Position numbers and translations under genes: made by a program
Part shown: positions 1-13,170 of the stretch, in pieces
Numbering within the stretch: the first letter of the stretch is position 1
Layout: each line of letters begins with the position of its first letter
Notes under the pieces: model-generated
Seen by the model: only the letters and a program-made list of their open reading frames with translations
Databases searched by the model: none
Told to the model about the DNA's origin: nothing
Source of the DNA: Fistulifera solaris
Lineage: Eukaryota
Direction of reading: 5' to 3'
DNA: 64,000 bases
Assembly: GCA_030295235.1 (NCBI GenBank)
Contig: AP026167.1
Location: 124,001 to 188,000, forward strand

Positions 1-1272
1 GGCAAGCTTGGTAGCCGGAAGCTTGGCTGGAGCTATTGGTGTTGGGGTGGCGCATCCCTTGGATACATTGAACATCAAAACACAAGTACTTCAGGCAGCA
101 ACGTCACTGGAAAAACTGAATGCTAAGCGGAAAAACACAATAGCAGTCTTTGATGATCAGCAGGAAAGCAATACGTACTCCCATTCACAGCTAACCGGCA
201 GCAAAACAGTCAATTCCTCGGTAGCAATCGACCCCGTCCGTCTCAGCTCTTCGGCAGTATTACAGGCAACTGTATTGCCATCTTTCTCGCAAAAGGTGCA
301 ACGTCAAATGAATTTCTCTGAACAAACAGAAGTAGCCTTTGTTCAACATCGAGTCCTCCACAGAGGCGAAGATGATGGCGAAGGACTTTCTTTCGAGAAA
401 GTGGATACATGGCAGGTCATGCGACACGTGTACGAAACCGAGGGTGTTGCAGGATTTTTGGGTGGTATTCGCATCATGATGATGGGACAGGGTTTAGTGA
501 AAGCGTGTTCTTTTACAGTCAATGCTGTCGTTTTGAATTGGGAAGTGGCGCATGCTTCTTCACAAACGGATTCGCCCACGACTGCCATGTTTCTGATTGC
601 CGCTGCCACGGCTGGTTTTGTGTCGTCCTTTATTGTGAACCCGGTGGAACGTGTCAAAGTTCTGTTGCAAGCGGCATCCTCATCCAAGGCAGAGTCGGAG
701 CTCGAATGCGTACGCAGCGTACTAAAATCCGAAGGATGGACGGGCTTTCTGGGTCGCGGCTTGGGCACTACCATGCTCCGTGAAGTTCCCTCGGATGCTA
801 TTTATTTTTCTGTGTATGGATTACTGATGCAAGCAGTCGGTGGTGGCATCGGAGGATCAGACGAAACTATGATGCTGGCTCCGTGGTTAGCCTCGCTTCT
901 CTTTGGTGCCGCCTCTGGAGTTGCGTCTTGGATTCCCGTGTACCCAGGTACGTTTTGCTGCTTTTGTACCCTGCATAGCAGATTGTCCACCGAACGAACT
1001 AACGACAAGAAATAGTCGATTTAGTAAAAACTCTAGTTCAGAATACGAACGGCAATAGCGTGGATGAAGCAGGCTCCTCAACTGTGGCACGAGACACTTG
1101 GCAAGTGGTGCAAGACCTGTACGCTGCGGGAGGAGTTGGAGCGTTTTACAATGGAATCACTCCCAAACTGCTCCGCGCTGCTGTATTTCATGCCGTCACA
1201 TTCTGGGTGTATGATACCATATTCCCGAGCATAGAATCTACAATGTCATTTTTTCATGTATCCGCATCCTAA
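1..1272 (+). CDS. Mitochondrial carrier (SLC25) family protein, 5'-truncated by window; intron 948..1015
   Basis: Three Px[DE]xx[KR]-type signatures: HPLDTLNIK, NPVERVKV, and YPVDLVKT. The third appears only after splicing GTACGT..ACTAAC..AATAG (948-1015). GFLGRGL and FYNGITPKLLRAA helices follow. Confidence 0.9.
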
Positions 1273-2639
1273 GGCTTGTAAAAATTAATGTAAATAAAAT
1301 AACCAGGAAAATGGATCATCACGACGGTTAAGGAACTCATAGAAATCGTGTGCACATAAAGAAAAAAAAAGATCGTGCATCTTTCGGAATGTTCATTCTC
1401 GGAGTCCCAAACATGACTTGACGACATTCTCAAGGATTAAAGCCGGGACATTTTCAAAGTTAAGGACAGACATTTTCTTTGTGTTAATCAATTCTGCTGC
1501 ACATCGAGGCAACTTGCAAAAAAAGCTGCAGAGGAATTGGGACAAATTAAGTGCGTCAACTAGCAATAGTTGCAACAGCGTACTCAGCAGAGGTTCAGCT
1601 AAAAACTTTTTGTGATAAAATGTCAACAAAATTCTCTGCTTAAGACCACATCCGCGAAGACATAAATGGTAAAATCAGAACAAGCAACCGCTGCTGTAAA
1701 AAAGCTATCAAGCTTTTATGGAGAGAATCGATTTAAAGCTTTTGAAGCGTAAATCACAACACATTATGGCGAAACAAGATAATAAATGATGTAAAAATCT
1801 ACAATATTTTGTCGTCCCACTCTCTCGGATCCTTGCTATTTCATTAAGAGCTGCTTTTATTAGCTGAGACAAAAAAATACCTATCTTTACCGACCTGATC
1901 AAGGTAATTTATCATTGAAATTAAACCATATTGTTCCGACTTGATCGTCAATAAAAATTGTTTTGAAAGTAATTTGAGGTTAATGTTGCTGTTGCTTTTT
2001 TGTTGCGTTGCTTGCGTAAGGCACAGTGCCTGCGTTCTATGCGCGACTGTGAAATGAAAATTTTTGCCAGGGCCTATATTTATTAGTTTTTAGCTAGTTC
2101 ATCTGACCAAGCAGCATGTGGTCAGTCCTCTATCTTATTTTCTTTTACTTTTTGCATTCGGCATCCTTTTCTTAGAAGTAATTATAACAAAGAACAATTC
2201 AATACCATTTAAAAGATTCCCGCCTTAATACGGAACCACTACAATTTTGTTTCAGTTTGCACCGTTATCCACGGTTGTCGTCTATCACGACAACTTGTAC
2301 CTCGAGCGGGCCAGTGCTGTGTTTATAAGTAGGACTTACACTGCAAACACTAAGCTGAGAAACTATGATCTGCTCGCGTTTCTCCCAAACTGTGATCTTT
2401 GATTTGATAGTAAATCACAACATGATTGACATTATGGACGACAATGGTACGTTGTTAAGTTTTTTTGCCATGATTGCTTTTGCTGGCCTAGAGAGCAACA
2501 GCAAGAACGTTTCCACTTTTCGTTGACTGTTGAAAAAACACACCAGCCAAGCTTAATGGTTGGTGGACTAAGGTTACAAGGTCGGCCGTCGAGTGGAGAT
2601 TGCAAGTCTATCACTTAAAGACGTAGCTGGTGTTGGCCA

Positions 2640-3180
2640 TAGTCGCAAGGGTGTCGCACAAAATAAGATGAGATCTTCTGGTGACGCTGCATACATCATG
2701 GATGATGGAGAAATGGGCTCACGCAAGAAGACCACTTGGTCATTCACTTCCTTTTTTTGGGTACGCTAGCGAATTAAAAGGAGGATGCCAAGGGTTTCAT
2801 TTCTTTTCGACATGCTATAACGTTCACTGGTGGCTCATGATTGTTGATTGCGACAACAAGCGAATCTTTTGTTTGGATTCGTACAACGGTTTGCATGAGG
2901 AAGAGACAGAGTAGTTTGCGCGTTTGTTCAAAGTTGCAATGATTGTTTGGCAAGAGGGTGCGGGAGCAATACCAGCTCTGAGCAACTGGAAGTACGTGAG
3001 TTAAGAGGTTTTAAAGGGAAACCATCAAACGGATTGTTATAACTTTGGTGCGTTTACTTGCAAGTACACGGCAAACTTTTTGTTGCAGGGACGATTGGCA
3101 TTCGAGGGATATCGGAGGATTGCAGAAGGGATGGGAGATGCCTTGCGAGCATACATGTTTAGCGTGATTCTCCAGCTTGG
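2640..3180 (+). pseudogene. Degenerate Ulp1/C48 SUMO-protease domain, likely transposon-derived, in an AT-rich, ORF-poor block (~1330-4060)
   Basis: VHWWLMIVDCDNKRIFCLDSY (His, Asp), then after stops HQTDCYNFGAFTCKY (oxyanion Gln; the catalytic Cys position reads Phe). Multiple in-frame stops. Confidence 0.7.
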
Positions 3181-4304
3181 GGATCCCATTGGAAACTGTG
3201 TTGAACAAATAATTAATGCATAAAAGTTCATTTTCATCAATATAAAAAGCGCTGGTTGTTTCTTCACATTGGAGACAATAACACATCACTAATCTTGTCC
3301 TGTATTTAGGCTACGTCTTTTGATAAAAATATCTGGGTTATCTGGTCCGATCAAATCTGGCTCCACCAAGACGCTCCACCAACAAGGACAATTGAAATAT
3401 TGAGTTTATGTAAGAATGACTACAAAAAGTAATGTCCGGCATCCTAATAAGCTGTATATATGGGTGAAACACAGTTGTTGCAGACCATTTTTTCTCTTGT
3501 TGAAAAACGTGCCGACCCGATTGCGAATGAGATCCGTTTCAGGCAAGGATGCAAATTTTTCACGCGGACACGTAGGCCGATGATAAACGTCTGCTAATGT
3601 TTTCGCCCGTGAATGCCAGTTAGATCTATTTCGGGATGAAATGGATACCACATGGTGTCCATAAAATGTCTGATCCATTTCGGGACGAGTTGAATGAAAA
3701 TGGCCCCCTTTTTGGAAGTACCCTAGCTAAGGCAATAATTGAGATGACCTTATCTTCATCTAGAGGTTCCCATCAATAAAATTGCTCATGAAATGTTGCG
3801 CTTACCACGTCTGCGGAAACAGGGATTCCGTACTCATCTGTTAACTTTTCATTAGGCTCAATATTAAAAGACGATGGAAACAAGAGGGTAAAGAACAAGA
3901 GATGCATACATATCGAGTGCTGAGCCATTAACGTTGATATGAGCCACAAAAGAATAATATTGTCATGCCCCGTTTGCCAGAGACCAGCCAGTGAAGGTAA
4001 TAATACAACTGGGGTTGCTGTCATGCTGCAATATCATTGATGATCATAATGCTTTTCTTTTCGTATCGTAGAATTGCGACAGACTAGAAGAACATACTCG
4101 GTAATTATTTTTGCTCGCTTCTTATTTATTTTGTCATCGAATGCACGACGGACGGACGACTAGTACGGACGAATGGAGACTGCGGACGAGCGGCATTCAT
4201 GTCAGTTTTATTCTGTTATTCAATCGTTAATCTATCGCGGCTAGCAAGCGATCTGTTATGGTTATGAATCTACTGATGATTACGTTTGGCGGTTTTCGGA
4301 ATAA

Positions 4305-5446
4305 TCATAGCATGCCTCCTATGACCCCGACACCTCCGATGACGATCGACAATACTTCCAATTTGAAACTGCTGCTTCCACTTCCGTCGTCAGTCATCAA
4401 CGAGGCCTTCAAAGAGAAATCGGCATTCTCCGTCAGTTTTTTATACTCTCCATTCTCTAGACGACGACGTCCCGTGTAGGTAACAATGGCTTTTCCGGAC
4501 ATCTCAAGCTGTTGTGGGTCGCCGGTGTACACCGATCGAGGAAGAATGTGATAAAACTGCAATTCCGTGTCCGCGTTGTATAGATCACTACCGGTCATTG
4601 CCGTGTCTTGTACCTCGCTGTCGACTACAAGATTTTCAACTGGTTGAACTCCAACAGCCATGCTTACTTCTTCAAAACCAACGAAAGAGTAGGTCGGCGA
4701 GACAATGTCGAGAATGAACCAAATAGGGTCACCGGGTGCGAGTGGGTTGTTGCCTGCCCAGGTACCTGTTACAGTCGTACCGGATTTTTCACCATCTGAG
4801 CCGCCGACGCTTACAGTGCTGTCTGTCATGCCTGCATTAATGGTGAAGGTGGAAAGGATGGGGGTCACGCGAAAATCGAAGTTCTTGCGTTCAATTACGA
4901 CTGCTTGTAGTGCTTTAGTAATCATCATAATGTCGGCTTGAATACACACACCGAACCTGCCGTCAACGGCATGGTTTGAGGCGCCCACGCCGCCACTGTG
5001 AGTTCCAAGTCAACTGTGTTGGCACCAGTGAAATGGCCGTCCGTGTCGTAGGAAGCTTTGACCGTCACTACTCCGTCTCCGGGAGTAAGGCAGCCGGGAG
5101 CAAGGATAGTGAACTCGTAGTATTTGGTTTCGGCAGCGGGGCTCGGTCCTGGATTATTCATGAGACCCAGATCCAAACCAGCAGTGTTTACAATCTGGAT
5201 ATGATTATAGCTACCGGTTTCGTCGGTGTTTCCTTCGCCCACATTGAATTCTGTGCCTGCGTCATTTACATCTCCAATCTACAAAGAAAGATTTTAGTAG
5301 AATGCACAAACTAGCAGCTCGCGCTATCAAAGCAAATCTCGTGTTTGAGGAACGAATGCTCAACTTACAGTTAAGGTCGGAGGGGCGGCTGCATGGCCGA
5401 TGCGTATGTGTATGAAGATTATGAACAAGCACGGTAAGTATTTCAT
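4305..5446 (-). CDS. Surface protein family member A (signal peptide, RRL motif, GPI-like tail); exon1 5446..5369, intron 5368..5279, exon2 5278..4305 with one frameshift near 4988
   Basis: MKYLPCLFIIFIHIRIGHAAAPPTLT|GTAAGT..TAG|IGDVNDAGTEFNVGEGNTDE. Clearly homologous to 15230..16433 (YYEFTILAPGC, FGVCIQADI, FDFRVTPILSTF, FYHILPRS, GRRRL, SFKLEVLSIVIGGVGVIGGML). Confidence 0.85.
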
Positions 5447-6153
5447 GATAATAGGCGAGCTGCTTCGTAATATTGTGAGCGAGGAAAAAATTCCAGGCAG
5501 AAGCTACTGGTAATGCTCAGCATTTTTCTCCGCCCCAATTTAACGCTGCGGCCTTCGCGTTGCTTCTATTCTCTCGTAAAAAACATAAATGGCTTTTCGC
5601 TTTGTGTCTTTCTGCTGCACTCCGTCCTTATAGTTGTCCATTGAATGTGGCACAAACAGTACACAGAAGGTCACTGGTCACGGACAGAATTTTACACTAA
5701 AAGGTAATGTAGGATAAAAGACCGGAGGAACCCTGACGACGTTACAACAGCTTCTTCGTTGGTTTGTCTTTTGTCTTGCACCTTCTTATCCCCAAGCCCC
5801 AAGACGCGAGCCAACTAAACTAAAGAAACTATAAGAGCTAGGAAGTCTTGGTTCAAAATCGGTGCAATCATACGTTGCATTCCATTTTAAAACCTAGGAT
5901 CATAAATACCAATAGCTCACTAGCATTTTCATATCGTATTAGAGTACAGCGAATGATCGTGTGTTTGCGGTGATGCACCTTTGTTGCCATGTTTCAACGT
6001 ACGCCACGGTTTTCAACATCGGTTCAATCTTCTTCACGAGCAGTCAACGCTTGGTCGCGTTGGCCCAGAGTTGCGTTTTCCCTATACACGGGCAAATGAC
6101 GATGCACCACGATGCGCTCTAACTTCAAGGTATGTACGGAAACCGAATTCGCG

Positions 6154-9100
6154 TCATTCAAAGCTTTTCTCGATATTCAAAGTGGCTTCAATGGCGGTCG
6201 CTTTACCCTCTACGGCATTGAAAAGAGCATCTCCAAGTTCCAGATCACCTCTTTCTAAAGCCAAGTCTGCTTTTACGACGTCTCGAAACATTTCCAATGA
6301 CCACTGAACAAGTTTATCACGAAGATAATCTTCCAAAAAAATCCAAGCACCGTGAAACAAAGGTTTGAGTAGAGCTGGTGGAACCAGAGTAATCCGGACT
6401 TGCATTTGGCAGTTACCGGAATTTGCAGAATCCGGCACAAATTCCACGCTTCCGCGATTCCGTAGTCCGTCGACAGACTCCCATTGAATACCAAGATGAG
6501 GAGCGCGACGTACTTCAGATCTTGCCCGCCATGATATGGACATTCCTCTCACGTTCATTCGCCACTCAGATATTTCACCCTGATATTCTACGCTTGTAAT
6601 CCAAGGGCTCCACCTGGGTTGTTGCGGCAAATCTGTAAATCGAGCATGGGCAGTTTCGGCGCTAAATGGCAGGTGCAACGAAGCGACGATGCTGATTTCT
6701 TCGTTGCGATTAAAAGAGGTACCAGCGCAGTATTTATCCTCTTCTTGGTGTGGCTGCATGGAAGATTCACAGAAGTCTGGTAGCATCGTCCGTACTTCGT
6801 CTAAATTTAAACCATATAGGGCACGTCCTAAAGATTGGACATTCAAAAATCCCTTTGCATTGACATAAGAGGCAAAGGAAGGTGATAGTAAATCAGCTGA
6901 CAAGATGGAGTAGGTGCTCAACCCGTGGGCCAAAGTGGGGGTATTACAGGGAAGTGCATCTACTTCTCCTGCCAAAAAAGCTGCGTGTGCCAATCCAAGC
7001 CCAGATTCCATGCAAGACGATATGACGACTGGGATTTGCAGTTCTTCTCGTGCTAGTTTGGCAATTCTGGTCGTGAGCGCGAAACCCAACACCGCCGGTT
7101 TGAGAACGAAGCAGGCGCAGCCGCGACTTGACCTCCCCCACTAAAACTTTTACGTAAATTCTCACGTATCCTCTCCCAATTTCTACGGTGGGCTTGGACA
7201 AGATCCCCAATACTTTCATCTAAAGCGTATGGAATAGAAGCTTGCAAATAAAATCGTTCCAAAGCTTCTATTTGCTGTTCCAAGGACCAAGCCGCTTCGT
7301 TTACTTTCTGTAGTGGCTCTTCAATGTACTCCAGCCGATTCAGTGCTTGTAGTTCCCAGCCCTCTAAAGCAAAAGCGAATTCCAAAGCTCCCTCTTCATC
7401 CCAAGCGCGATTTGCGTCAGCTCGTATTTTTCCTAGTGTAGAGCGAAAACCTTGGTAAATTGCTGCTTGATCTCGCTCTATACTATCATGACCGACTTTA
7501 ACTTTCAATGATGGCCATTTTTGAGTTTGAGGAATCAACGAATTTCTAGATTGCAAACCGTTTAACGGTAGAAGTCCTCTGCTTGAAGGTAGCATTCCAT
7601 TGGCATGCCAGAGCAACGAGCGCAAGGCCATTTCTAGCCCGAAGCGTACACTAGTGTACCATGTCTCATTGAGAAGTTGTTCCCAGGCGTCTAGAAGAGC
7701 GTCAATGTTTTCGATAAGTGAAATAGATGGTGAATCGAGTTTAAGCCTCTCCTGCAAAATTTGTATTTGGACTTGAGCTTGTTCCAACGATTCGTCGTGT
7801 ACTCCTTTCAATGGGCTCACTTCTCCTAAGCCGACGTAATTGAATGCTCGCAGCTCGATTATCATGCCCGTTCGATTTTGCATCGTAGAAGATGCTGCAG
7901 CTGACGCACCCCAGCCGAGTCCTTGATTTCGATCCTTTAGCAATTGGATTGAAAAAACTTGATAATCTAAAGATTCCACAATCAGAAGGCCCTCACGCTG
8001 CCCATCTTTCAGTATAGACGATTCCTTTGATTTCTCATTGCCAGATGAAGTAGTCGCGATAGTCACATCTAACGTTTCCGCTGTGGACGAGCGATTATTT
8101 CCAACGAAGACTGTCGCGTTGTTTCGACTGGCATCACCATTTTTCGATGTACCATTGCACGAGAGGAACTCCGCCAGATGAAGGGCGATCGTCTTTGGTG
8201 ACTCCCAAAGCAGTGCATGTCCACTCTCGGAGATTAGAGTCGCATTAGACTGTAGCGAATACTTAGAGTCCAGCTCACCAATCAACAGAGAGTGCCGTCG
8301 GTCAAAATAATCTTGTTCGCATCGGCGATTTTCTGGACGTCCAGGTGATGCTTCAGACAGAACTTGCGCTATGGAAGCTCCTGCGCGTTGCAGTATTGCC
8401 GTCCGTCTTTCCAGAATCGCACGATAGGTATCAGGTCGTCGTTCTTTCAAATGGCCCCATATGGGAGCGCTGTACCAAGATTCCAAGAACTCTCCCCACA
8501 TGGTCGTCGGATTGGCAGCCACCAATTGCTGTTGAAAGATGTTTTGTAGTTGCTGACTGAGTTTGTCGTCTCGCTGTGCCCGGCCGGAATCATCGACCGG
8601 AATCGGTTCAAGACTGCTACTTATTGTCGTTACTTGTGGAATCGAATAAAGTCGTGATAATTCCAACCCGATTCGACCTCCCAATGAATAGCCCGCCACC
8701 GCATTTACCTCCCTAAGCTGGTAATGTTGTGCTAAGCAATCACCAATCCATTCTGCCATGGCGGAGACTGAGTAGTTGAGACCGCTTGTGGTGGAACTAA
8801 TAGATTCAATTGAGGGCACAAGATGATTATGCCCTGGTAAATCAATTGAAACTATATTCCAGTCGTCTCCGACATGCACCAGTAACTCTTCAACGACATC
8901 GTCCCAATCTTCTTTGCAACCCATCCACCCATGCAGCAGTAAAAGCGTCCTGTTGGCATTGTTGGAAGTATATCGCTTTAGTGGCAGTACCTTTGGCCGC
9001 GTGGTGCTATCTAACCAAAAATGTTCACTAACATGACTTTGAATTTTCTTCGTCAAATCACGGTGCAGTTGTACATTTTCTTCCCGCGATATTACCACAG

Positions 9101-12100
9101 CTTCTACCAACGTATTCACGCTCTGCTGCTCCCATTGATTCATCAAAGCTTCGTACGTTGCTACTTTCTTGTATTGTACGCTTAAACCCCGAGCCGTGGC
9201 TTCCCAATCGACATGCTGCGTAGGCGTACTAAAAAATTCTTCAAACGACACATCATGTTGTGCAACCGGTAGAAAAGAGAAAATCGCCCCACCATTGTTG
9301 TTAACGATTAATGTGGAAAGTTTGCGAGCGCTCGAGAACGCGAAAGAATTTAAATCATGTAATGCACTGACATCACCAATAATCAATTGAGTCGGTTCAG
9401 CAGCGTTCAAGGCAAAACCTTGCGCAGTGGCGATAATACCGTCGATGCCACTGACTCCACGGTTGGAGCCCGTAACAGTCAAAGGAACAGTTCTCTTGAT
9501 CTCGCCGTAAGGATACAAAAACGACTCTGCGTCTCTTATTGGCATACTATTCGACAAGAACAGAGCTTGTGGAAGACTCTTTTGTGCTAGAGCAAGAATA
9601 ATTTGCGGCTCCGTCAATCGATCGGGCGATTGTTGCAACAAAAGTTCCTTCATTACAGGCGCAAGTGTCCGACTCCATGGAACTAATGGCGTTAGTGCAC
9701 TACTTATGCTTCCCTTAGGTAGTTCGGATGTGCGAAGAATAAGCGACTCCAGAAAGTAGGCCATATTGGGAGTGGAAATGCTATGCGTGACAGAATATTC
9801 CGGATCTATCCGCCGCCGGGCATTCGTCTGCAAAATCACGTGTTGTGCGGTTTGTTTCAAATATGAGGTTATGGTAGTCGAAAGTAAAGGAGCTCCAACT
9901 TGTAAAATGAAATCTGGTTGTACGGCTTCGCGAACATTTGGGCACGATAAGAGATGTTCAGCAAACCACACTACAGCATGACTGGTGAATCTTAACGATG
10001 AGGAAGTAGCCAAGATTGGGAATCCTATGGTTTGGGCTAATTGATCCAGCAGCGGATATACTTCGTCTTGTTGCGACGGTGGTATTTGTCCCACTACCAA
10101 TAAACCTCGCCGTGAATTTCGCAGCCACTGAACCAAGTTTGCAGCAGCAACGTCGTTGTTTTGTGTGCTAGATGAGTGACGCTGTATCAAAGGCTGTCCG
10201 GATCCACTCCACCGTGCAAATGCGGGCCCTTGCGTGAACCGTGTGGCATTGTAACTTTCTACTGCATCTCCGTCGCCGCCACGCACTGGACCGCCCTCAG
10301 GAGCAAGGTTTTCTCTGAATTGAACATTGATATGCACGGGCTGCTGCTGTTCAAGTGCCATGTTGTGTGCAAAATTTGCATCACTGAGCGCTGCTACGAC
10401 ATTCACTTCATCAGATGGCGGCAAAATATCCCTAAACCATGCGACTTTGTCCCCAAATAACTTTACTTGATCCATGGCCTGATTAGCTGAAATGTCACGG
10501 TGTTCAGAAGGACGATCGGCAGTGAGCAAAATCATAGGAGCGTCATCTTGATGGGCTTCCAGGACAGCGGGCAAAGATTGGCCACGGCAGTTCCGCTGCT
10601 CGTAACAACCACTGCTGGTCGCCCGCTGGCCTTGCCGTATCCAACTGCTCGGAACGCCGCAGCACGTTCGTCGTGACAACTAATTACTCTGAGAAAAGGA
10701 TGTTGACGTCGTGCCCAAGCCCATGCAACTGCCAACGGTGTCGATCGTGATCCAGGACACACGAAGACCATGTCGACACCACATCGTACAAACTCCTCGA
10801 CGACTGCTGTCGCCCACGCTGTATTGATATTGGGACATGATTGCAAAGACAAGGGCGATGAGAACCAGCTTGCAACAACCTGGAACTTGGCAACTGTTTC
10901 GGCAAACTCTTCTCTTAGCGTACTGTTCAGGACCAACCCACTCCCGGCAGTTAGCAAGAGTTCTTGTTTTGGTCGCAGCACAGCGCTACGGATACCTACT
11001 AGCAACTGACTCTCGGTGGAAGATAGATAACCGATCGGGCCAGCATAGTAATCTCGCGAAAAAGGTTCGACACGTCGAATATAGTCACTAGCCATGTTCA
11101 AAGGAAGTCCACATACAGCAGGTGTCGGATGCAATTGTTCCAAGAGATTTCGAATTAAAGTTGATGTATTGTTCCACACCGGTGCTTGGTACGTACGACA
11201 TATGTGTTGAAGATGCCTTGTTCGTCGCACAAAGGTTTGACTGGTAACAAATGGCCCTATGGAAGGCTCTTGTTTGGAAAGAACTTCTTCAATGTACCGT
11301 GCGGTGCACGCATTCTCGTCCAAGTCTTTGGGACTATTCACCAACTCTTGCAGCAAATCAGCATCTTCTTGTGGGTGCGAACCGCGGGGTCGAGTTCCCG
11401 CCAAGGCTTCCGTTGTGACGGTAGAATTGTGTATGCGAAAAAGCTGTTCCGGAGTACATCCCACAAAGCAAGAAGACGATCTCGTTGATGTGATGATCGT
11501 ATTGTCGTCCTTTTCGTCCCACAGAGCCATAGCGAATAAGTTTCCTGTTCCACTTTCTTGTTTCCAGCGCTGCAGCAAATCCACAACATGAAACGGATGT
11601 TTGAATTGCAACAGCTGTTGTCGTGCCAGGACAACCTTTTGCAGATCGGAGTACTCTCCATTTTGCTTTTCTTGCTGCATGAGTGCAATAGCTTCTTCAA
11701 CACCTTGCTCATACGCATCAATAGCCAAATCTGTTTTCGATACCACAGGTGGCAGTGGTGTCGGAATGGTCCATTCATCGTCCAAGTGACGTGTATTAAT
11801 GCTTTGTGCGATGCGAGCAGCTTCTTCACGAGTTCCAGTTGTATGCAAAGCCAAAACTGTATGCGTCACATTCTGTCTCCATTCTAACATGGGTAAAACC
11901 CACTGTGCCATGTTCCCATCAAACGTTTGTGCCCCGTACCATCTTGCGTGCAGAGGCAGTTGCCGATGGTCGTCCCACAAAGCTGATGTGTGATCGACAG
12001 CCTGTTGAATGCCCCACGCGACGATTTCTTCGGCATCGTCGGTAGCAGTTTGTAAATAGAAGAAATGTTGCTCTGGATCGTATTTTAATTGATGTTTCAG

Positions 12101-12513
12101 CCAAGGCAACAGCTGTAGTCGCCTCGAGAAAGTCATTTCGAGACGATAAAGAGTATCGTTCTCGGAATTGCTCGATGAGGACAATACATCCAACGCGCGC
12201 TGCATCCATTGCCATGCTTGAAACCACGATGCAACTGTCATCTTAGTGGTCGTATGAGGGGGGAACACATATGGATACACAATGTGAAATGGTGTAGTCG
12301 TTTGTGTTTTTGTCGTCTTGTAGTTGAGGAAGAGGCTTTCGAGGGTATAGTTTGCGAGGGGTCATCGTTTGATGTTACTGTGTTTCCGACCGCATGTCTT
12401 GATCGTCGAGGATAAGGATTATTGATAACAAAAGCTGTTACATGATTTATTGTTGTTGTGGTGGTCGTTATTGTTTGCCACACTAAAACGCATAGGAGTT
12501 GCCAGAGCCTCAT
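6154..12513 (-). CDS. PHYLLO: PHYLLO-like multifunctional phylloquinone biosynthesis protein: plastid presequence-MenF-MenD-MenH-MenC-START/SRPBCC domain; frameshifts near 12270, 10575 and 7135
   Basis: N-terminal signal peptide ending VTAF. MenF: KVVLAR, TEALAGTRPRG, LHPTPAVCGLP, YAGPIG. MenD: PGSRSTPLA, DERAAAF, TSSGTAVANL, LTADRP, NRGVSGIDG, GDVSALHDLN. MenH: LHGWMG, GYSLGG, SGHALLWE. MenC: LKVKVG, RADANRAW, YIEEP, ALDES, VLKPAVLG, SSCMESGLGL. Then a polyketide-cyclase/START-like domain in the same ORF. Confidence 0.92.
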
Positions 12514-13170
12514 CCTTGAAAAATTGTGCCTTGTTGGATGGCGATAAGATAGAGTAAGGAAAAGGAGCGAAACGAACGATGGAGCAAGGAAGGTTGCAAT
12601 CAGAGGTCTTTAATGGTTAATTTTCCAATAGCATTGTAAGGAAGACATTACGGAGTAATGAATATGTATTGCGATGGAATAGCACAGGAATGGTAATTGT
12701 TTCGCGCTTTTTGTTTGCGTTGGCTCGTTCGTTCGTTTGCGTCGCAAGTTGAAGTCCGATGAGACAGTGCTTCATGACGTGAATCAAACTAGCTCCCGAA
12801 TAAGTCGTCATCTAACGCAGTTGTTCCGTCGCCCGTCGGCAGTCGATCAAAGCCCAAGGCTCAAAGCTCCGAACTATGACTACGATATGATGACTTAAAG
12901 TACTTTGTAAAAGAGATTACTACATAGCCTCTATAGCCTATAGCATGAGTTTGAGTTCTGTGACAAGTGACATTCTATCAAACTACAAACTACCCAACAG
13001 TCTATTTGTGACTTATGACCATTCGTTCTCTACAGGACGAGGAATTCCAATGTCGAACTGTTCTTTTATACTCCGAGTAGAAACGAAAACGAAGATGCAT
13101 GCTCTATGCTCTCAAGCAAGCGCTCGTGAACAACCACATTAACCATTCAATTTGGGAAAAACCAGCACCC

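Noticed and set aside
7053..10679. Programmed ribosomal frameshifting between Men modules
   Set aside because: Shifts fall inside domains rather than between them, and similar indels affect most genes in the window.
6154..12513. Bacterial men operon, contamination or recent horizontal transfer
   Set aside because: Domains are fused in frame behind a diatom-type plastid presequence and are flanked by intron-containing genes.
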